Source of the DNA: Patescibacteria group bacterium
GTDB lineage: Bacteria; Patescibacteriota; Patescibacteriia; 2-12-FULL-57-11
Reading direction: 5' to 3'
Length of the DNA stretch: 64,000 nt
Assembly: GCA_004297205.1 (NCBI GenBank)
Contig: SCUL01000002.1
Coordinates: 722,893 to 786,892, forward strand
Below, piece by piece: positions 57,360 through 64,000 of this stretch (position 1 is the first letter of the stretch; each line of letters opens with the position of its first letter). Below the pieces are notes generated by a model that made no database searches, was not told the DNA's origin, and saw only the letters and a program-made list of their open reading frames with translations. The position numbers and the translations under genes were made by a program.

Positions 57360-58586
57360 CTAATACACGCTGACGTGAATATGGTCGTAATGGCCGCACA
57401 TGGTGCGGGCGCCGATGGTGGCGTTGAAGCGGCCCTCGTTCATGAGCAGCGGTCCCGTGGCCGTGCCGGTACGGGTCGAGCCCTCGCAGATAACCTCGTC
57501 GCGGCTCAGTTCGTAGTGGCCGAAGACGTCCTTGATGCGCACGAGTCCCGGACGCGCGATCGTCTCCACGATGTAGCGTTGCAGCGCGGCGTTGTTGGCG
57601 AAGTCGATGCCGCGACCGTCCCAGTGGTTGGACTCTCCCTCATGGCCGCCCGATCGCGCGCTTTCCATGCATGCCGCGCAGCGCACGCGGCCTTCCGCGG
57701 TGTCGGCGCGGCCGGACGCGCAGCGGCTGTGGTTGCCGATCAAGGTCGCAACGCGCAGCGGGCCGCTCAGATCGCCGCGCGCCTTGGCCTCGCCCAGCAG
57801 GACGAGGAAGCGGCAGGTGTTCGGGGAGAGTTGGACCCCGGCGGCGTCGCCTTCGTCGAAACAGGCACCGCTCGAACTGCGGTCATTGCTGCCGTTATAG
57901 CACCAGATGCAGGCGTTGCGGGTGATGGTTCCTCCCGCGAGAATGCCGGCCCGGTCGTTTGGGCGCGAGATGCCGATGGTGCCGTCGGTCACCAGTTCCG
58001 CGAGACGCGTGCAATCGGCGCTCGTCGCTTCCGCGCCCCCTCCCGCACCTCCGGCGGGCGGCGTATACGTTCCCGGATCGATGTCCGCTTCCGATGCCGC
58101 GGGGTCTTCCACCCGCCGCACCAGGTCGACGCGGATGCTGCGGAAATTCACGAGCTCGGGGTTGATCAGGTAGAGGATGGTGTAGCTCCCGAGCGCGAGC
58201 AGGAGCCCCATGATCGCGCGGATGATGGTGTCCCTGGCGGCGCCGATCGTCGAAGCGTTCCCGGCCGCCGTGACCCAGCGGATGCCGCCGATCACGATCA
58301 TGACCATGGCGAACGTCACGATGACGCCGATCGAGAAGCGGTAGATGGCGAGGATGTATTCGGCGACGAAGGGGATGTCCACGTACCGGTTGCCGCCTTC
58401 GCCCTGCACCACGAGCGTGGAAAAGGAAGGGAGCGTCGGGATGGGCAGCTGGAGGGTGGGTACCGCCGGCGTGAACGGGAGATTGGCGTTCTCGTTCACG
58501 GTCGCGGCCTGCGCCAAGGACGGAAAAAGCAGGCAGGTGAGCGCGGCAACCAGGACGCGTTTGGTGAGCTCGTGCATAGCCGTCAT
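57360..58586 (-). CDS. membrane-anchored cell-wall hydrolase-like protein (paralog A; M15-like C-terminal domain)
   Basis: Signal peptide MTAMHELTKRVLVAALTCLLFPSLAQA. Conserved N-terminal module with two hydrophobic helices shared with paralog B. C-terminus SNHWDGRGIDF...GHYDHIHVSV resembles the zinc D,D-peptidase (M15/VanY-like) HxxxxxxD...HxH arrangement. ATGA overlap with paralog B. Confidence 0.55.
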   Translation of the reverse strand: MTAMHELTKRVLVAALTCLLFPSLAQAATVNENANLPFTPAVPTLQLPIPTLPSFSTLVVQGEGGNRYVDIPFVAEYILAIYRFSIGVIVTFAMVMIVIGGIRWVTAAGNASTIGAARDTIIRAIMGLLLALGSYTILYLINPELVNFRSIRVDLVRRVEDPAASEADIDPGTYTPPAGGAGGGAEATSADCTRLAELVTDGTIGISRPNDRAGILAGGTITRNACIWCYNGSNDRSSSGACFDEGDAAGVQLSPNTCRFLVLLGEAKARGDLSGPLRVATLIGNHSRCASGRADTAEGRVRCAACMESARSGGHEGESNHWDGRGIDFANNAALQRYIVETIARPGLVRIKDVFGHYELSRDEVICEGSTRTGTATGPLLMNEGRFNATIGARTMCGHYDHIHVSVY

Positions 58587-59776
58587 TCCACCTGGATTAT
58601 TCTGGTCAGCAGCCCGCCGCAGCTGCTCCTGATGCAGATCGTACCAGCGCTGACGAAGTTCCCATAGCCGCCGTTCACGACGTTGGCGCGCCCGCCGCCG
58701 GCAGGGCTCACGAAGATCGCGGAATGCTGGCCGGCCACACTGCCACTCGTGAGTCCGTTGGCGTTGTAGATCCAAAAGACGTCTCCCGGCCGGAGCGTGT
58801 CCGCCCAGGTATCGGGCCAGACGCTTTCGCCGAAGTGGCTGCGCAGCGCGACATACGCCGCCTCCTGGGAGGTTCTCGCGCATTCGGACACGCTTTTTCC
58901 CGAGGAAACGCAGGCACGCCCGGCTTCTTGATGGGGCCGGAGCAGGGAAGAGTTCGTTTCCATGCCGGACGGATAGACGAGGCGCGCATGCGCGATGTCC
59001 CGGACGATGGTTTCCCAGGTGTTCCCGCAGGAGCCCATGTGGACGCCGCACTTCACGGCGGCGTCGGCGATGTGCAGCACGCGCGTCCGTGCCGGTTCCG
59101 ACGCATACCGCGCCGAGGCGGCCTCGATGAACTGGCGCGTCCGTTCTTCCCTGTCGGGTGCACCGCATCTCACGGCCGCGCTGAGCGTGAACGGGCATTC
59201 CGGAAACGAGGGAAGCGGTTCTTCGTCGCACGCCCGCAGCCCGAGGCTGCCGCGTTCCCCCGGCGCCCAGGTCGGCTCGCGCGTGGTACGCATCTCGCTG
59301 GCGACATCCACCGTTCGCACCAGGTCGACGCGCAGCGCCCGAAAGTTCACGAGTTCGGGATTGATGATGAAGAGAATGGTGTAGCTGCCGAAGGCGAGCA
59401 GGAGTCCCATCACGGCGTTGGTGATGCGCGTCTTGGCCGTCTGGATGGTTCCGGCGTTGCCGGCGGCCGTCATCCATTGGATGCCCGCGACGACGATCAT
59501 GACCATGGCGAGCGTCACCATGATGCCGAGCGCGTAGCGGAAGATGAGGACGACGTACTCGGCAATGAAGGGGACGTCGACGTAGCGGTTTCCTCCTTCG
59601 CCCTGCACCTGGAGCTTCGAGAATCCCGTATAGCCCGGGATGTAGACCGCCGGCTCCGGCACGGCCGGCGTGAACGGCACATTTTCATTGACCTCCGCGG
59701 CCGCCGCCGGAGAGGCGGCCAACGCACAAAAAAACACGACAAGAACCAACAGGGACGCGCGCGTCGGGAACCGCAT
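58583..59776 (-). CDS. membrane-anchored cell-wall hydrolase-like protein (paralog B; Cys/His amidase-like C-terminal domain)
   Basis: Signal peptide MRFPTRASLLVLVVFFCALAASPAAAA. N-terminal ~160 aa closely similar to paralog A (QGEGGNRYVD, LINPELVNFR). The C-terminal domain has Cys/His residues suggestive of a CHAP/NlpC-P60-type fold. Confidence 0.5.
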   Translation of the reverse strand: MRFPTRASLLVLVVFFCALAASPAAAAEVNENVPFTPAVPEPAVYIPGYTGFSKLQVQGEGGNRYVDVPFIAEYVVLIFRYALGIMVTLAMVMIVVAGIQWMTAAGNAGTIQTAKTRITNAVMGLLLAFGSYTILFIINPELVNFRALRVDLVRTVDVASEMRTTREPTWAPGERGSLGLRACDEEPLPSFPECPFTLSAAVRCGAPDREERTRQFIEAASARYASEPARTRVLHIADAAVKCGVHMGSCGNTWETIVRDIAHARLVYPSGMETNSSLLRPHQEAGRACVSSGKSVSECARTSQEAAYVALRSHFGESVWPDTWADTLRPGDVFWIYNANGLTSGSVAGQHSAIFVSPAGGGRANVVNGGYGNFVSAGTICIRSSCGGLLTRIIQVE

Positions 59777-59826
59777 ACGGCCCCATGATATCAGAAAACC
59801 GGCCTGTGGGGGCCGGTCTTCGGCGT

Positions 59827-60456
59827 TCAGGGCAAGGCGTTCAGGATCTCATTCGCGGAGACGAAGCCGGAGAAACGGCGGTCACCGACGAAGAGAGAGG
59901 GGACGCCGTCGAGGCCGAGCGCGAGGGCCTCATCCACCGTGCGGTCGACGAGCGGCTTCATCGCGCCGGAGTCGATGCAGGCGAGCAAGGTGTCGGCGTC
60001 CACGCCCGCCTCGTCGGCGAGCGGACCGTAGAGCGAGACGTCGGCCGGGGGGCCCGAACGCATCAGCACGTCGTGCATCTCGAAGTAGCGTCCCTGCCGG
60101 CCGGCGCACAGCGCCGCTTCGGCCGCGGTCTGGGCGAACGGATGCTGGTTTCGGAAGGGCAGGTTCTTCCAGACGAGGCGCACCTCCGGCCGGGCGGCCA
60201 TGACCGCCGCAAGTTCGGGCTCGAGCGCGCGGCAGTAGGAGCATTGGTAGTCGCCGAAGACGACGATCGTCGGGCCGGTGCCGCCGCGCATCGGGTCGGC
60301 GATGGTGACCTCCGGCGCCGTGCGCGCCGCCGGCAGGTTCCGGTTGCCGTTGGTCGTGCCGCGTGAGGTGTTTTCCAGGACGAGCGTGCCGAAGATGACG
60401 AGGAGCAGCGCCGACAGGGCGAAGAGAAAGATGACCGGAAGCGGCGGGCGCTGCAT
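59827..60456 (-). CDS. DsbA-family thiol:disulfide oxidoreductase
   Basis: N-terminal TM anchor and a CSYC active site inside a thioredoxin-like fold (IVVFGDYQCSYCRALEP). Confidence 0.7.
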   Translation of the reverse strand: MQRPPLPVIFLFALSALLLVIFGTLVLENTSRGTTNGNRNLPAARTAPEVTIADPMRGGTGPTIVVFGDYQCSYCRALEPELAAVMAARPEVRLVWKNLPFRNQHPFAQTAAEAALCAGRQGRYFEMHDVLMRSGPPADVSLYGPLADEAGVDADTLLACIDSGAMKPLVDRTVDEALALGLDGVPSLFVGDRRFSGFVSANEILNALP

Positions 60457-60460
60457 AGCC

Positions 60461-61690
60461 CTAGGGCGCCAACCGGATCTGGCGCAGCAAGTTGCTGCCG
60501 GACTCCACGAAGGTCAGGTTTCTGCCGTCCTCGGACAGGATCAGGTTTTTCATGGTGGAGTTCGAGTCCGGCCGGGCCACGAGTTTGCGGGCGCCGGTCG
60601 AGATGTCGACGCTGTAGAGGTCGTCCGGCACGTTGTCGGCGAGGCGCCGCTCCAGCCCGACGCCGCGCTCCAGCGTCCGCGGTACGGCGCAGTACACCGT
60701 GGTGCCGCTGCCGAAGGCGCATTTGTCGGCCCAGGTGTTCAGGTTCAGTTTCCGCCGGCCGGCGCCGATGCTGTCTCCGTAGCCCTCGACGATCCAGAGC
60801 ATCGGACGGTAGTCGTCGTTCGGTGAGACGGCGCTGTAGAGGAGCCGCTTGCCGTCCGGCGTCCACTTCGACGTGAAGTTCAAGCCTTCGACGATCAACC
60901 CCTTGAAGTTTTCCTTGTTCTGGCCGATGGGGATGATTTCCTGGCGGCCGAATCCCTGCGCGTCGCCGGTGCGCGACAGCGCGATGACCTGGCCGGTCGG
61001 CGAAACGTTCACCGCGACCTTGGATTCGTTGTTGCCGAGTTCCTGCACCGGCCGCGCGCTCGAGCCGTCGGCGTTCGAGACGACCAGCCAGCGGTTCGAG
61101 GGGTCGATGCCGAGACTCTTGCTCACCAGCTGGCTGGAGTCGCTGGTGAATTCAAACTCCTCCCAGTGGCGGGGGAGCGTGACCTGCCGCTGGCTGCCGA
61201 AGTCGAACAGGATGTTGGAACCGTCCGGGAATTCCAGCACGGCCTTGTCTTCGGTCGGCGCCCAGGCCACGGTGTCGACGTTGGCGAAGCGTTTGTCGGA
61301 CAGGGCGATCTTTTCGCCGGTCTCCGGGTCGATGCGGTAGAACTTGCCGTCATCCTGGTCGTAGTAGCGCACGGCGTCGCCCTCGGGGCTGGCCGAGGCG
61401 GCGGACACGGAGACGGGCGTCAGCGACGGGGTTGCCGTCAGCCCGCCGTTGGCGATCGGCGCGGCACGTTCGGCCGGAGCGATGCCGCCCGCCGGCGCGT
61501 TCGTGGGGGGAACGAAGCCGCCGCCGGCACCGGCAGGCGCGAGCCCGCCGCCGGCACCCGGCGCATTCGCGTTCGTCACGACCGCGGGCGGGGGAGCGGT
61601 CGGCGGACGGAAGAAGAAAAACCAGAGCGCGAAGCCGACGCCGAAGGTCACGGCGAGGAACGCGATGACGGGCAACATCCTCCTGAGCAT
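60461..61690 (-). CDS. membrane-anchored beta-propeller protein (TolB-like)
   Basis: N-terminal TM, a Gly/Pro/Ala-rich linker, then repetitive propeller-like blades (LSRTGDAQGFGRQ, LYSAVSPNDDYRPMLWIVEG). Confidence 0.45.
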   Translation of the reverse strand: MLRRMLPVIAFLAVTFGVGFALWFFFFRPPTAPPPAVVTNANAPGAGGGLAPAGAGGGFVPPTNAPAGGIAPAERAAPIANGGLTATPSLTPVSVSAASASPEGDAVRYYDQDDGKFYRIDPETGEKIALSDKRFANVDTVAWAPTEDKAVLEFPDGSNILFDFGSQRQVTLPRHWEEFEFTSDSSQLVSKSLGIDPSNRWLVVSNADGSSARPVQELGNNESKVAVNVSPTGQVIALSRTGDAQGFGRQEIIPIGQNKENFKGLIVEGLNFTSKWTPDGKRLLYSAVSPNDDYRPMLWIVEGYGDSIGAGRRKLNLNTWADKCAFGSGTTVYCAVPRTLERGVGLERRLADNVPDDLYSVDISTGARKLVARPDSNSTMKNLILSEDGRNLTFVESGSNLLRQIRLAP

Positions 61691-61693
61691 ACG

Positions 61694-62560
61694 TTAACTG
61701 GTGAAATAGGTGACGAGGGCCTCAAGGCTGCTGCCGACCGAGGAACAGACGTCCGGGTAGGTGAGACAGAAGCCGACGAGGGTGCCGCCGATAGCCGCCG
61801 CGATGATCAGCGGCACGGCGATCATGATAAGGAAGTTTACCATGACGACGAGCGCCAGCAGAATATCGACCACGACGAGGACGAAGATCTGCCAAATCGC
61901 CAGCTTTTTGACCTCGAACGGGTCGCCGCCGGAGGAGGCTTGGGACGGTCCGGACTCGGTGCGCGGAGCCTGCGTCCGGGTTCCCGCGCCGCCGCCAAAG
62001 TCGCCGCCGCCGAACGATCCGACGCTTTTCCCGCCCGCGCCTGCGGCGGACGACCCGGCGGATTTTGCGGTGGCGGAACCGGCGGCTTTGCCTGCGGTTT
62101 TGGCGCCGGCACCCGCCACCTCCATGCACTTGTCGAGGAACAGGGAGAGCGGACCGCCTGCCTCGGGAAGGACACCGATGTTTCCGCTCAGGAACCGGAC
62201 GTGGTAGTTGGCGAGCAGGATGAGCGGCACGATGATCGTTTCGATCTCGATGGCCGCGGTCAGCAGGTCCATGATCTCTCCGGCCGTGTCCGTGACGAGC
62301 GCAATGTCGTTTCCTCCGCCGCCCTCGCCTTTGCCGCGCGCGGCGCTGCGTTGGCTGGCGGAGAGGGCGCGGGCGGCCTGCGCCTCTTCTTCCTGGGATT
62401 CCAGTTCGGCGATTTCTTCTTCCTCGGCTTGGATCACGGCGGCCTGCACCTGTTGTCGACGCGCCGCCTCGCGTTGGGCCGCAGCCAATTCGCGCGCGGC
62501 ATTCGCCTCGGCGAATCCGCCGTATGAGCCGCCGCTGGGAAACTGCAGTGCCTCCGCCAT
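61694..62560 (-). CDS. hypothetical membrane protein
   Basis: Acidic coiled-coil N-terminus, a Gly/Ala/Ser-rich middle, and a C-terminal pair of TM helices. 288 aa. Confidence 0.4.
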   Translation of the reverse strand: MAEALQFPSGGSYGGFAEANAARELAAAQREAARRQQVQAAVIQAEEEEIAELESQEEEAQAARALSASQRSAARGKGEGGGGNDIALVTDTAGEIMDLLTAAIEIETIIVPLILLANYHVRFLSGNIGVLPEAGGPLSLFLDKCMEVAGAGAKTAGKAAGSATAKSAGSSAAGAGGKSVGSFGGGDFGGGAGTRTQAPRTESGPSQASSGGDPFEVKKLAIWQIFVLVVVDILLALVVMVNFLIMIAVPLIIAAAIGGTLVGFCLTYPDVCSSVGSSLEALVTYFTS

Positions 62561-62564
62561 ACGG

Positions 62565-64000
62565 TCAGGCGCGGCGCGACGTGAGGCGCGGCGCGCGGGT
62601 GACGAGCGCGAGCCCGTCGCCGCGCTTCTCCAGGATCAGGTTGCGGACGCGGGTTCCTCCGGCGGCGATGAGCGCGCGGGCGGCCGGACCTTCGACGTGT
62701 TCCTGGACGAGCGCACGCACGGCGCGGGCGCCCTTCTCCGGCGCGTCGGCCAACCCCGCCAGGTGCCGCACGGCTTCCGGGGTGGCATGGAGCGCCACGC
62801 GTTTCGCTTCGAGGCGCGCGGCGAGCGTGCGGATTTCCTTGTCGGCGATGGCCGTGAGGTGTTCGGAGGAGAGCGGACGGAAGACGAAGACGCGGTCGAT
62901 GCGGTTCACGAGCTCCGGCCGGAAATGGGTCAACGCTTCACGGCGCAGGTCGTCTTCGATCTGGGCCCCGCCAACGGCGGGGTCGCCGAAACCGAACGGG
63001 CCGCGGAGCCAGCGCTCATGTCCGACGTTCGAGGTCAGCACCACGATGGTCTGGCGGAAGGAAACGGTCTTACCGGCGGCATCCGTGACCTGCCCTTCGT
63101 CGAGAATTTGCAGGAGCAGGTTCAGGACGTCGGGGTGCGCCTTCTCGACCTCGTCGAACAAGACGACGCTGTAGGGGCGGCGCTTCACGGCGTCGGTCAG
63201 CTTGTTGCCTTCACGGTAGCCGACGTAGCCGGCCGGCGCGCCCAGGAGTTTTGAGACCGTGAACGACTCGCCGAATTCCGACATGTCGAGGCGGATCAGG
63301 GCCTTCGGATCGTGGAAGACCGTTTCCGCGAGCGCCTTGGCGAGCTCCGTTTTTCCGACGCCGGAGGGGCCCATGAACAGGAACGAGGCCAGCGGCCGGC
63401 CGGGATGGGCGAGTCCGGCGCGGGCGCGACGGATCGCTTCCGCCACGCCGGCGAGCACCGGCGCCTGGCCGACGACGCGTTGGCCGAGATCGTCTTCGAG
63501 CGTCAGCAACCCCGCGGCATCCGCGAGCGTCAGATCCGGAACGGGGATGCCGGTGATGCGGGAGACGACGGCCACGATGTCGGCGCGGGTGACGGTGCCG
63601 ACCGGCGTGCGGTTGCGGCGCGCGTGGTGTTCCTGCGCGTCGGCGAGCTTCGCCCGCAGGCGGTTCTCGCGCTCCTTCCACTCCAGCGCCTCGACGTACT
63701 TTTCGGCGGCGACGGCATCCTGCTTGCGCTTGCTGGCCTGGTCGATGGCCGCCTCGAGCGCGCGCAGCTCCTGCTGCTGCGGTTCGCTTCCCGCGCGCAC
63801 TTTGACGGCGGCCGCGGCTTCGTCGAGCAGGTCGAGCGCCTTGTCCGGGAAATGCCGCTCCGGCAGGTAGCGCTCGGCGAGCATCACGGCGTCGGCGCAG
63901 GCCGCCTCCTGGATTTTCACGTTGTGGAACTTTTCGTAGTTGCCCTTCACGCCGGCCAGGATGGCGCGCGTCTCCTCGGGCGACGGTTCGCGCACGTCGA
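62565..64000 (-). CDS. clpC: Clp/Hsp100 AAA+ ATPase (ClpC-like), C-terminal part; the 5' end lies outside the window
   Basis: D2 AAA+ module: Walker A FMGPSGVGKTELAKALA, Walker B VVLFDEVEKAH, sensor/arginine-finger regions, and a short UVR-like linker (ClpC-type rather than the long ClpB M-domain). The ORF runs to the window edge. Confidence 0.85.
   Translation of the reverse strand, partial: DVREPSPEETRAILAGVKGNYEKFHNVKIQEAACADAVMLAERYLPERHFPDKALDLLDEAAAAVKVRAGSEPQQQELRALEAAIDQASKRKQDAVAAEKYVEALEWKERENRLRAKLADAQEHHARRNRTPVGTVTRADIVAVVSRITGIPVPDLTLADAAGLLTLEDDLGQRVVGQAPVLAGVAEAIRRARAGLAHPGRPLASFLFMGPSGVGKTELAKALAETVFHDPKALIRLDMSEFGESFTVSKLLGAPAGYVGYREGNKLTDAVKRRPYSVVLFDEVEKAHPDVLNLLLQILDEGQVTDAAGKTVSFRQTIVVLTSNVGHERWLRGPFGFGDPAVGGAQIEDDLRREALTHFRPELVNRIDRVFVFRPLSSEHLTAIADKEIRTLAARLEAKRVALHATPEAVRHLAGLADAPEKGARAVRALVQEHVEGPAARALIAAGGTRVRNLILEKRGDGLALVTRAPRLTSRRA

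Overview
This is a GC-rich bacterial chromosome segment, roughly two-thirds G+C by eye. I call about 60 protein genes and 6 tRNAs, and found no rRNA and no CRISPR array. Housekeeping genes include tyrS (3' end only), argS, cysS, nusA, yidC, groES-groEL (with a sigma70-like promoter and a CIRCE operator), prfB (with the classic +1 frameshift), tsaC, rsmA, recG, radA and a partial clpC. They are interleaved with a large envelope/accessory region. That region contains a 3038-aa cysteine-rich secreted giant protein, cysteine-rich lipoproteins and an M23 peptidase with MopE-like repeats. It also contains a minimal type-IV-secretion-like module: VirB6/TrbL-like, PrgI/VirB3-like, a VirB4 ATPase split into two ORFs, and an adjacent ComF. 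Further on are two tandem membrane-anchored cell-wall-hydrolase paralogs, DsbA and a TolB-like propeller, inserted between clpC and radA. Two further structures stand out. A small GIY-YIG nuclease gene sits between a duplicated 5' half of tRNA-Leu(GAG) and the intact tRNA. A perfect 20-nt palindrome occurs identically at that tRNA half-copy and in-frame inside an unrelated CDS. Tight gene packing, short-form YidC, the giant surface protein and the orphan VirB4/VirB6+ComF module are reminiscent of Patescibacteria/CPR-type reduced genomes, but the lineage is not resolved. The high GC produces many long spurious antisense ORFs in the six-frame track, which I rejected.
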